From: Clostridia bacterium
GTDB taxonomy: Bacteria; Bacillota; Clostridia; Christensenellales; UBA1242
NCBI GenBank assembly: GCA_016283155.1
Contig: JAEEMI010000019.1
Coordinates: 64,093 to 128,092, forward strand
Length of the DNA stretch: 64,000 bases
Reading direction: 5' to 3'
Shown here: positions 8,079-17,247 of the stretch, piece by piece
Numbering within the stretch: position 1 is the first letter of the stretch
Layout: each line of letters starts with the position of its first letter
Notes under the pieces: model-generated
What the model was told of the DNA's origin: nothing
What the model saw: the letters and a program-made list of their open reading frames with translations, nothing else
The model's database searches: none
Translations under genes and position numbers: made by a program

Positions 8079-9011
8079 ATGAATAATTTTGAATTAATTC
8101 AATCATTATTAAGAGATCGAGCGGAATTACGGTCAAGATTAAATTTACTGCCGTATGATGGCACGCCCGAGGTTAAAGAGGCATCTAACAAAAAATATTT
8201 ATATATTCGAAAAAGGGTATTAGATAAAGTTACCTCAACATATGTCGGGCAATATTCGGATGAATTATACAATTTGTTAATTAGAAATTCTAACGAAGCA
8301 AAATTAATTAAAAAACAAATAAGAAAGGTAGAAAAAGAATTAGTTAAGCAAGGTTATTCTGAAAAAGGTATTACTCCAAATGTTTTGCGTAATTTGGAAT
8401 TTGCTAGAAGTAATTTAAAAAAAATTATATATGACCAAGCAGTTTTGGAAGGTGTTGGTACAACTTTCCCAGATACTGAAACCATTATTGACAACGGAAA
8501 AGTTAATAATGTTAGCGCAGAAGACGTACAGAAAATTTTAAATTTAAAACATGCATGGGAATTTATCTTTGATAAAGATGTTCTAAATGCACCATCTAAT
8601 TATTATTTATCATCGTATATTGCCAAATTAGTAAATGAAGGTTTTTATCAAGATGGCGGAAAAATTAGGGGAGTACCAGTAACAATTGGTGGATCATCTT
8701 ATATACCACCATTACCAAGTGAAATTAATGTTAAAGAAAATATAAATAATATTTTGAGTATGAATATTGCTAAAGAGGACATTGCGATTGAATTGTTACT
8801 TTACGTAATGAAAACTCAAATATTTAACGATGGTAACAAGAGAACTGCGGTAATCTTTGCAAATCATTATATGATTGCTAATAGTCTCGGTTTGATAATT
8901 ATTCCATTTGATCAGGTGTCGAATTTTAAAAAGTTGTTAGTAGAATATTACGAGGATAAAGATTTAAATTCTATTAAACAATTCTTAAAAAACTGTATCA
9001 ATAAAATATAA
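8079..9011 (+). CDS. Fic/Doc-family protein with non-canonical active-site motif
   Basis: C-terminal motif QIFNDGNKRTAVIFANHY, compared with Fic HxFxDGNGRxxR and Doc HxFx(D/N)(A/G)NKR. An upstream YDQAVLEGVG resembles the (S/T)xxxE(G/N) inhibitory helix. Strong GGAGGTG SD. Confidence 0.7.
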   Translation: MNNFELIQSLLRDRAELRSRLNLLPYDGTPEVKEASNKKYLYIRKRVLDKVTSTYVGQYSDELYNLLIRNSNEAKLIKKQIRKVEKELVKQGYSEKGITPNVLRNLEFARSNLKKIIYDQAVLEGVGTTFPDTETIIDNGKVNNVSAEDVQKILNLKHAWEFIFDKDVLNAPSNYYLSSYIAKLVNEGFYQDGGKIRGVPVTIGGSSYIPPLPSEINVKENINNILSMNIAKEDIAIELLLYVMKTQIFNDGNKRTAVIFANHYMIANSLGLIIIPFDQVSNFKKLLVEYYEDKDLNSIKQFLKNCINKI

Positions 9012-9030
9012 AAAATATCTTCTATATGTT

Positions 9031-9086
9031 TGATTATTTCGGTATAGAACTTCCAATAAATGGTCTTAACTAAGACCATTTTTTTT
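9031..9086. repeat. direct repeat copy 2 (~56 bp, includes terminator hairpin)
   Basis: TGATTATTTCGGTATAGAACTTCCAATAAATGGTCTTAACTAAGACCATTTTTTTT matches 7861..7917. The hairpin is at 9060..9079 and is followed by a T-run. Confidence 0.9.
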
Positions 9087-9190
9087 GTTTTCGCATTATG
9101 CTTTTAAAAATAGTATTTATTTTTTCATTTAGTATTGTTTTCTGATAATGAATTGATTAGAATATAATTGGAAGGATTAAAATAAGGAAA

Positions 9191-10519
9191 ATGAATCAAG
9201 AAACAACTGAAATTTATTTACGTGTTAAAGATGGCCCAAAACCATTAAAATTGGTTGATATAAATCAATTAAGCTTTAATAAGCCAACTGTTTGCTGTAT
9301 TTCGGGGAATGGGGCAGTAACACCTGAATCTGCTTATGGTTTTGCAAGAATGGCTGAAACATATTTAGAATTATTATTTAGAACAAAAGATGGTTGTAAC
9401 GTTTTAGATAACGTTGATGTGATGACAATTAAATATGCTAAACCAGAAGGAATAGTTACAGGTGGCTACATTAGTGATTCGTTTTCTGAACAATTCGCCA
9501 ATGCATTGTTAAAATTGTTAACTGATGCCAATGGTAATAAGTTAAATCTTGAAACAGCAAAAAAGAATATGTCAAAAATTACTTTTTTTACTTATTGTGC
9601 TGGTGATATTAATTTACAAAATATTTTAAGTAGATTTTTAGATAAAAAATTATTAAACATTGGCTACAGTGAAGAGGAAATAGTTACTATTTATAATGCA
9701 AGTTTTAACGTATCATATGCATCGGTAAGTAGTTGTCAAAATAAAATTCCAAGTGTTAAAGCAGTTAGTTTAAATGATTCGTTAATTGGACAAGACGTAT
9801 ATAATTATTTATTAGAGGATGTCTGGGATGATTCTCGACGCGATGCTATATATCACAGTATTGATGGAATTTTTTTACATAAAGATCAGGCTGGAACTTT
9901 ATATGGGCATTTGAGTAAAAGTGCGACAGCTGAAAGTATTCAAATTTTAAGTAGTGGTTTAAATAATGCTTATCCTGAGAAAGTTTGTGATCATAATATT
10001 GCTTATCTTGCTCGTAATAAGAAAAATTGGAAACTTAGAACTTGTGTTATTAATGGTGATAAATATTATTCAAACAATGCTGATTGTGTATCTGAATTAT
10101 TAGCTTGGGCACTTTGCAGAGGAGTAGAAGGAAGTGTTAATAATTTCAAAGCTCAAGAATATATTCCAAATCATTATTGGAAAGATTTAACTTCTGAGTT
10201 TAAATCAATTATTCATAGTTATGATCAAGAAAAATTAGCCAGAAATCCAGTGTATGAAGAAAAACTTTGCAAGAAATTTTTTGGAAACTTAAAAAAAAAG
10301 TATCAAAAGTTTTACCATATACCTAGTTATCAAAAAATGCTTGATACTATCAATAATGCAAATTCATTAGAAGCAATTATTGATTATATTAAAGGAAAAT
10401 ACTTCGCAGGAATTGAATATGTTTTACCTGCTGCTCAAGTTTTAACAAACAACGAAAAAACAAAAATTTTAAAGGCTGGTAAGGATAAACTTTTAGATGA
10501 AATTAAACTTGAAAAGTAA
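9191..10519 (+). CDS. hypothetical protein (442 aa), possible alpha/beta-hydrolase-like fold with Cys at the elbow
   Basis: Long ORF with an AAGGA SD. CCISGNG and FFTYCAGD resemble oxyanion-hole and nucleophile-elbow patterns, but only weakly. No secure family assignment. Confidence 0.6.
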   Translation: MNQETTEIYLRVKDGPKPLKLVDINQLSFNKPTVCCISGNGAVTPESAYGFARMAETYLELLFRTKDGCNVLDNVDVMTIKYAKPEGIVTGGYISDSFSEQFANALLKLLTDANGNKLNLETAKKNMSKITFFTYCAGDINLQNILSRFLDKKLLNIGYSEEEIVTIYNASFNVSYASVSSCQNKIPSVKAVSLNDSLIGQDVYNYLLEDVWDDSRRDAIYHSIDGIFLHKDQAGTLYGHLSKSATAESIQILSSGLNNAYPEKVCDHNIAYLARNKKNWKLRTCVINGDKYYSNNADCVSELLAWALCRGVEGSVNNFKAQEYIPNHYWKDLTSEFKSIIHSYDQEKLARNPVYEEKLCKKFFGNLKKKYQKFYHIPSYQKMLDTINNANSLEAIIDYIKGKYFAGIEYVLPAAQVLTNNEKTKILKAGKDKLLDEIKLEK

Positions 10520-10600
10520 TTAAAATACCTGAAATAAGTTTTTATTGTTTTAATGGATAATTAATGTTATTATTTAGAAGAGTAAATGGAAGGGGTAACG

Positions 10601-13420
10601 ATGGAAAAGAAGAAAAAATCTTTTTTTATAGTTTTTTTTAATGTTTTAGCCGTTATTTTGTTTTTGGTCGTAATTGCTGTTGGTGGTGCAATTGGATTTG
10701 TTTATTTTAAATATAAAGTTAATGTATTTGCCTGCATCGATCAAATTAGTAAATTAAATGGAGAAGTGAATGTTTCAACATTGGTTACGAATAGTCCAGA
10801 TGAAGCAGATTACAATTCGATTAATAATAAAATCGAAAATGGTAGCAGTGTTCAATTAAGTCTTAATGACCGGGAATTATGTGCATATTTAAGTCACAAT
10901 TTAGACAAAATTAACGATCTTGAAATTGCTGGAACTACGTTAAATATCAAAGATTCTAAGTTGGAAATTTTACAAATTACTTTAAGTAATATTGACGAAG
11001 TGCAACCGAGTGAACATTACTGCGATTTAAATGTAATTTTTAAAATTGATATTTCATCTTTAAAAAATGAAAAATTAAAAAGTTTTCCTATTAGTTTACT
11101 TAAAAATTTTATTCCTAATGAATTATACGTTAATGCTAATTGCAGTCTTGATAAAGATGGGGAAAGTTATCAGGTTACGCCGCTTAACATAAGCATTAAT
11201 AATCTTTCTGTCGAAAAAACTAAAAGTTTCTTTGCAAATATAAATAAGTTCGCACAGTTTATTTCTGTCGAGGACCTCAATAAAAATATATCAACAATAT
11301 TTACCGAAGCGTTAATTGGTCAAAACAGCATTTATGATAAATTAAAGCAGGACCATAATGCACAAGGTTATGGTTGGCAAAAAGACAACAAATTCTTGGT
11401 TTATTTTGTTGATGTAACTACATCATATTCAATTACATATCACGACACGCGTAATGCAGATAATCCAAACATTAATGCGTATACCATTCAAAATAATATT
11501 ATTACGTTACAAGATTTGTCTTGTGATGGATACAACTTCTTAGGTTGGTATCTTGATGTTAACGATGAAAATACTAAAATTACAACCATTGATGCATCAT
11601 CATTACAACCTTATGATTTAACTTGTAAATGGGAAATAATTGTATATTCAATTACGTATGACCTGCGTGGCGGAACAGACAGTAACATCTCATCATATCA
11701 TTCAACGTATACGATAGAATCTGAATTATATACTTTACCTAAAACAGCAACTAAAAAAATTAATGATTCAATAACGTTACTTTTCCGTGGTTGGCTCTTA
11801 GATGGTTCAACTGAAATTATTGAAAATGCAACCATTCCACAAGGTACTTTCGGTAATCGTCATTATTACGCTTATTATATTGGAGAAGAAATTGAGTTAA
11901 CTTTGGTGGTTGATGGGGTAACCGTTTACACAAGCAATGTCAATACTGGTACTGAATTATCCTGCAATGATTTAAATAATTTAGTTAAAGATAAATTATC
12001 TGGTTATAACATTGAACATTGGTATATTGATAACGCCCAAACTAATGAATATAATTATTCTGCAGAACTAGTTAACGATGCAGAACTATATGCAACAGCG
12101 TTATATTTGAATGACTGTGTTTATTTTTATCCTTATCTTACACAAATTGAAAACGCAATTAACAATTTGCCGCATCAATTAACCATTACGTCACGTCCAA
12201 TGCTAATCGGTTATATCGATTACTGTATGTTTTATAATATTACTGATGAAGAAAATATCACCTTTACCTTATCTTATATGGCAGGACACACTAATCAGGA
12301 AAAAGTGAACGAGATAAGAGCAGCATTAAATGAATTGGAAGCCCGCAATCACTTTACTCGCGATTGCACTCCGACTTGGACAAGTAGTCAATTCTATTTG
12401 ACCGAATCCAATGAAGTCACAACTTTTAATCATTTTAACGGTAATGTCTATACTCAACAAGATTATGTTTTAAGAGCTGACGATGTAAATGTTCGATCAA
12501 ATGATTATGATGATTTTATGATTAATTATGTTGGTAAACGTTTGCGAGTTTCAACCACAGAACAATTAGTTTGGGCGTTGGAAAACGGATATAATCCAGA
12601 ATGTGTACCAGCATCAAGCGCCGAAGATATTTATCAAAAAGCTAAAGCGGTATTGGTTGATATTTGTTCTGATGATATGGATGAAATTACAAAATTACAA
12701 GCTATCTATAAATGGTTAGCTTTGCACGTTAATTATGACCAAGAAGCATTAGCAACATTTACAGGAATTGCAGATCCAAAAGTAGCAAGTGCAATGGCAA
12801 GAACTTATGACTCTTGGTATGCAGAGGGTGTATTCAATTATAAAAAGGCGGTTTGCGAAGGTTATGCTAAAGCATTATTAATTATGGCTAAATTGGAAGG
12901 TATTCCAACAATATGTGTTTCTGGAAATCAACATAAGTGGAATCGAGTATATCTTGATGGTAAATGGTATGGTATTGATGCTACACACGGCGATATGGGA
13001 CTTAATTTTAATGGTGATATGGAAGAAATCTTTACATATACTTCGTTCTTGTTTACTGATGCATATAAAACTGGTCGTGGTTACACGGCAACTAACTATA
13101 CTGAGTTTGCAGCTACCGAAAATATTAATGCCTATGCTAATATTATATTTAATGATTCCGCAAATTTATTGATTGAAAATCAATCTGAATTAAGTGCGTT
13201 ATTCAGTTATGTAAATGGTTATACCGTTGATACCAGTTGCAATAATTGTTCAATCTATACCTTGGAAGTAGCAGTATTATACGAAGATAAAGACGAGTTT
13301 ATAACTTGGTTTAATAATACAACACATACGGGTTGGACAAAGATACAATTTTCGAACGAACGCGCTTACGAACTCGACAGTTTTGGTAATGCAGTTTATA
13401 CATTAATTCACAATAAATAA
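10601..13420 (+). CDS. membrane-anchored surface protein with Listeria-Bacteroides (Flg_new) repeats and a C-terminal transglutaminase-like cysteine protease core
   Basis: N-terminal TM segment. Repeats with YSITY...GYNFLGWY and FRGWLLDG signatures. Cys-His-Asp core: KKAVCEGYAKAL, QHKWNRVYLDGKWYGIDATHGD. The ATG at 10601 follows a GGAAGGGG SD. The ORF track starts at 10586. Confidence 0.8.
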   Translation: MEKKKKSFFIVFFNVLAVILFLVVIAVGGAIGFVYFKYKVNVFACIDQISKLNGEVNVSTLVTNSPDEADYNSINNKIENGSSVQLSLNDRELCAYLSHNLDKINDLEIAGTTLNIKDSKLEILQITLSNIDEVQPSEHYCDLNVIFKIDISSLKNEKLKSFPISLLKNFIPNELYVNANCSLDKDGESYQVTPLNISINNLSVEKTKSFFANINKFAQFISVEDLNKNISTIFTEALIGQNSIYDKLKQDHNAQGYGWQKDNKFLVYFVDVTTSYSITYHDTRNADNPNINAYTIQNNIITLQDLSCDGYNFLGWYLDVNDENTKITTIDASSLQPYDLTCKWEIIVYSITYDLRGGTDSNISSYHSTYTIESELYTLPKTATKKINDSITLLFRGWLLDGSTEIIENATIPQGTFGNRHYYAYYIGEEIELTLVVDGVTVYTSNVNTGTELSCNDLNNLVKDKLSGYNIEHWYIDNAQTNEYNYSAELVNDAELYATALYLNDCVYFYPYLTQIENAINNLPHQLTITSRPMLIGYIDYCMFYNITDEENITFTLSYMAGHTNQEKVNEIRAALNELEARNHFTRDCTPTWTSSQFYLTESNEVTTFNHFNGNVYTQQDYVLRADDVNVRSNDYDDFMINYVGKRLRVSTTEQLVWALENGYNPECVPASSAEDIYQKAKAVLVDICSDDMDEITKLQAIYKWLALHVNYDQEALATFTGIADPKVASAMARTYDSWYAEGVFNYKKAVCEGYAKALLIMAKLEGIPTICVSGNQHKWNRVYLDGKWYGIDATHGDMGLNFNGDMEEIFTYTSFLFTDAYKTGRGYTATNYTEFAATENINAYANIIFNDSANLLIENQSELSALFSYVNGYTVDTSCNNCSIYTLEVAVLYEDKDEFITWFNNTTHTGWTKIQFSNERAYELDSFGNAVYTLIHNK

Positions 13421-13586
13421 AATTGAATTATTAAAAAAGACATCAAATAAAATATATAAGGTCTGTTTTGCAAATTAACTTGCAAAAGTAAAGAGTTTTT
13501 GATATAAATTTAACAATCGTATGGTTATGAAAATATAATCTGAATTAGTTAATGCGGTTAATATGATCAAGTAATCACTATACGGA

Positions 13587-15356
13587 TTGGAGGATGTATA
13601 CCAAGTGTTCAAAATTATGAGGCGTTTACAATTAATCGATTGGCTGTATTTTGTAATGGCCGTTGGTTTTATTGTGTTGCAAGTTTGGTTAGACATTCGC
13701 GTTGTTGATTATAGTCGCAAAATTTTATTACTGATTCAAAATGGCGGAACAATTAACCAAATACTAGAGCAGGGCAGATATATGTTACTTTGCTCGTTGA
13801 TTAGTTTAATTGGTGCAGTTTTATGCGGTTTATGTTTTTCATTAATTTCCGCACGTTTCTCTCGTAATATGCGCCGTGAGATATATTTGAAGGTTCAAAA
13901 TCTATCGATGGCAGATATAAAAAAATTTTCGGTATCAAGTTTGATTACACGTACAACTAATGATATTTCACAAGTTCAAATTCTCATCGCTATGGGGATG
14001 CAAATGATTATTAAAGCACCAATTACTGCAATTTGGGCAATCACTAAAATAGCAAACAAGAGTTGGGAGTGGAGTACTTTAACCGCTGGATCCGTAATTA
14101 CAATTTTAGTTGGCGTAGCAATTATAATGTCGTTAGTTTTACCAAAATTCAAAAAAGTACAATCATACATTGATGATATTAATAATGTTACTGAGGAACA
14201 ACTTGCTGGAATTCGTGTCGTACACGCTTTTAATGCAGAAAAATATCAAGAAGATAAATTTGAAGAGAAAAACCAAACTTTAACCAAAACCCTAATTTTC
14301 AATCAAAAGACATTAGGATTTATGAATCCATTAATGTATTTAGTAATGAACTTAATGTCATTAGGAATTTATTGGATTGGTGCATTTTTAATTAATGGTG
14401 TTGATGTTAGTAAAGATATTTTATTTGCTGATATGGGTACATTTAATGGTTATGCCGGTCAAATAGTTTCATCATTTTTAATGCTTGTGGGAATCTTTAT
14501 TATGTGGCCACGTGCTAGTGTTTCAGCAGCACGAATTAATGAAGTACTGAATAGTAAAAACAGTATTCTCAATGGCAATTTTTCGGATAACACAACGATG
14601 AAAGGTGTCATTGAATTTAAAAATGTTAGTTTTAAATATCCTGACAGTGAAGAAATGATGTTACGTAACATTTCATTTAAAACACAAATGGGTGATACAT
14701 TGGCGTTTATTGGTTCAACAGGTAGTGGTAAGACAACAATTGTTAATTTAATGATGCGTTTTTATGATTGTACCGAAGGTGAAATTTTAATTGATGGTGT
14801 TAACATTCAAGATTATCAATTAGAAAATTTATACAATAAAATTGGCTACGTGCCACAACGAGCAGTTTTATTATCAGGAACAGTCAGTGATAACATTGCT
14901 TTCGGTGATAATGGCAAAACTCAAATTACTGAGGAACAAATCAAAGAAGCAGTTGCTATTGCGCAAAGTACAGACTTTGTTGAAAAAATGGAAAATGGAT
15001 ATCAGGGTAGTATTGCACAAGGGGGAACAAATCTTTCTGGTGGACAAAAACAACGTTTGTCAATCGCCCGTGCTGTAGCACGTGATCCTGAATTTTACAT
15101 TTTTGATGATTCTTTTTCCGCATTAGACTATGTTACAGATTATAAATTACGTTCTGAATTAAAAAAACATACAAAAAATGCAACAAACATAATTGTTGCG
15201 CAACGTATTGGTACCATTATGAATGCAGACACAATTGTTGTTTTAGAAAAAGGTGAATGCGTTGGAATTGGTACACATCGTGAATTACTGAAAAATTGTA
15301 AAACATACCAAGAAATTGCTTATTCACAATTAAGCAAGGAGGAACTAAATGGCTAA
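13587..15356 (+). CDS. ABC exporter, fused permease-ATPase, subunit with non-canonical Walker B (heterodimer partner 1)
   Basis: Six-TM exporter domain followed by an NBD with GSTGSGKTT, LSGGQKQR and YIFDDSFSALD (Asp in place of the catalytic Glu). Likely starts are the GTG at 13605 or the ATG at 13617. Confidence 0.88.
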   Translation: MEDVYQVFKIMRRLQLIDWLYFVMAVGFIVLQVWLDIRVVDYSRKILLLIQNGGTINQILEQGRYMLLCSLISLIGAVLCGLCFSLISARFSRNMRREIYLKVQNLSMADIKKFSVSSLITRTTNDISQVQILIAMGMQMIIKAPITAIWAITKIANKSWEWSTLTAGSVITILVGVAIIMSLVLPKFKKVQSYIDDINNVTEEQLAGIRVVHAFNAEKYQEDKFEEKNQTLTKTLIFNQKTLGFMNPLMYLVMNLMSLGIYWIGAFLINGVDVSKDILFADMGTFNGYAGQIVSSFLMLVGIFIMWPRASVSAARINEVLNSKNSILNGNFSDNTTMKGVIEFKNVSFKYPDSEEMMLRNISFKTQMGDTLAFIGSTGSGKTTIVNLMMRFYDCTEGEILIDGVNIQDYQLENLYNKIGYVPQRAVLLSGTVSDNIAFGDNGKTQITEEQIKEAVAIAQSTDFVEKMENGYQGSIAQGGTNLSGGQKQRLSIARAVARDPEFYIFDDSFSALDYVTDYKLRSELKKHTKNATNIIVAQRIGTIMNADTIVVLEKGECVGIGTHRELLKNCKTYQEIAYSQLSKEELNG

Positions 15357-17187
15357 AACAAAACTTTCGATGCAGCGTCGTGGTTTTGGTGGACGTGGCC
15401 GTGGTATAATTGAAAAGCCCCAAAACTTAAAAAAAGCATTAAAAAATATGTTATTTTATTTGAAACCTTTTTTAGTTCCTGTGATTATAGCAATAATTTT
15501 AGCGGTTACATCTTCAATTTTATCAATTATTGGACCAAACCAAATTTCTAAATTAAGTAACACAATTTTAGCAGGTGTTCCTTCGGTAATTAATCCAACG
15601 CCTGAACCAATTAAATTTAGTGTTGTTAATCGTATAGCGTTAACTTTACTAATTATTTATATTTGTAGTGCATTATTTTCGTTAATTGAACATTTAATAA
15701 TGGCTTCAACGTCAAATTGTTTTGCAAAAGGTTTACGCACAGAAATTTCAAAAAAAATTAATCGTATTCCATTATCATATATGGACACTCATACCCGTGG
15801 TGATGTTCTTTCTCGCGTAACAAATGATGTTGATACTTTAACCCATTCACTATCTAATTCATTGGGGACTTTGTTTAGTGCTATTGCATTATTATTAGGG
15901 TCAACATTAATGATGTTTATTACTAATTGGATTTTAGCTTTAACAGCAATTGGCACATCGTTAATTGGTACAATTTTAATGGTATTTATTTTGAAATATT
16001 CACAAAAATATTTCACACGCCGACAGAAAGAACTAGGTGAAATTAATGGACATATCGAAGAAATCTATATGGCACATAATATTGTCAAAGCCTATAATGC
16101 GCAAACAAACACAACTCAAGAATTCGATGAATTAAATAACAAACTTTATAAAAGCAATAAAATGAGTGAATTTTTTGGTGGGTTAATGCCGCAAATAATG
16201 GGTTTTATTAGAGAATTAGGTTACTTGGCAGTGGCAATTGTCGGAGCAATTTTATTCATTAATGGAATCATTAATGTCGGAGTAATTTTTGCTTTTGTGA
16301 TTTATGTCCGATTGTTTACTAATCCACTTTCACAAATCTCACAATGTATGAATCGTCTGCAATCGGGTATAGCCGCTTCTGAACGTGTGTTTGAATTTAT
16401 TGAAGAAATCGAAATGCCAAAGCAAGACCATTGTTGTGAAACTATTGATTCTAAAACAGCAAAAGGTGCAATCACTTTTAAGAATGTTAAATTTGGTTAC
16501 CGCCCAAATGAGTTAGTAATTAAAAATTTTTCGTGCGAAGTTAAACCAGGACAAAAGATTGCTATTGTTGGTCCGACTGGTGCAGGTAAGACTACATTGG
16601 TTAATTTATTAATGAAATTTTATGACATTGATGATGGGGACATTATCATTGACGGTAAATCTATTAAAAATTTAACGCGCGAAAATGTGCACGACCTATT
16701 TGCAATGGTATTACAGGATACTTGGTTGTTCAAAGGAACAGTACGGGAAAATCTATGTTATAACCGACAAGGTATTACCGACGATGAAATCATGAATGTT
16801 TGCCGAATTATTGGAATTGATAACTTTATTAAAACTTTACCAAATGGTTTAGATACAATTTTAGATGATAATAAAAGCATTTCAGCAGGGCAACGACAAT
16901 TATTTACAATTGCACGTGGTATGTTGCAAGATTCACCATTCTCAATCTTAGATGAAGCCACATCCTCAGTTGATACTCGCACCGAAGAATTGGTTCAAAA
17001 AGCGATGGACCGCCTATCTACCAATAAAACTTCATTTATTATTGCGCATCGTCTTTCAACAATTCGTAACGCTGACAAAATTTTAGTTTTGGAACACGGA
17101 GACATTGTTGAACAGGGTACACATACCGAATTAATGGCACAAAACGGTGCTTATGCTAAGCTTTATAATTCGCAATTTAAGAAATGA
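15349..17187 (+). CDS. ABC exporter, fused permease-ATPase (heterodimer partner 2)
   Basis: AAGGAGG SD and an 8-nt overlap with the upstream gene. NBD with GPTGAGKTT, signature ISAGQRQL and Walker B SILDEATS. Confidence 0.9.
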   Translation: MAKTKLSMQRRGFGGRGRGIIEKPQNLKKALKNMLFYLKPFLVPVIIAIILAVTSSILSIIGPNQISKLSNTILAGVPSVINPTPEPIKFSVVNRIALTLLIIYICSALFSLIEHLIMASTSNCFAKGLRTEISKKINRIPLSYMDTHTRGDVLSRVTNDVDTLTHSLSNSLGTLFSAIALLLGSTLMMFITNWILALTAIGTSLIGTILMVFILKYSQKYFTRRQKELGEINGHIEEIYMAHNIVKAYNAQTNTTQEFDELNNKLYKSNKMSEFFGGLMPQIMGFIRELGYLAVAIVGAILFINGIINVGVIFAFVIYVRLFTNPLSQISQCMNRLQSGIAASERVFEFIEEIEMPKQDHCCETIDSKTAKGAITFKNVKFGYRPNELVIKNFSCEVKPGQKIAIVGPTGAGKTTLVNLLMKFYDIDDGDIIIDGKSIKNLTRENVHDLFAMVLQDTWLFKGTVRENLCYNRQGITDDEIMNVCRIIGIDNFIKTLPNGLDTILDDNKSISAGQRQLFTIARGMLQDSPFSILDEATSSVDTRTEELVQKAMDRLSTNKTSFIIAHRLSTIRNADKILVLEHGDIVEQGTHTELMAQNGAYAKLYNSQFKK

Positions 17188-17247
17188 TAATTATTAAATG
17201 CTTCATACATTGACAAAACAGGGAATATGTGATATTCCATATAACTT

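Larger units (their letters stand above)
7861..9086 (+). mobile_element. putative inserted single-gene cassette (fic/doc-like) bounded by 57-bp direct repeats next to tRNA-fMet
   Basis: Direct repeats at both ends, a position adjacent to a tRNA gene, and Arg codons in the enclosed gene that are mostly AGA/AGG where core genes use CGN. No recombinase lies inside. Confidence 0.45.
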
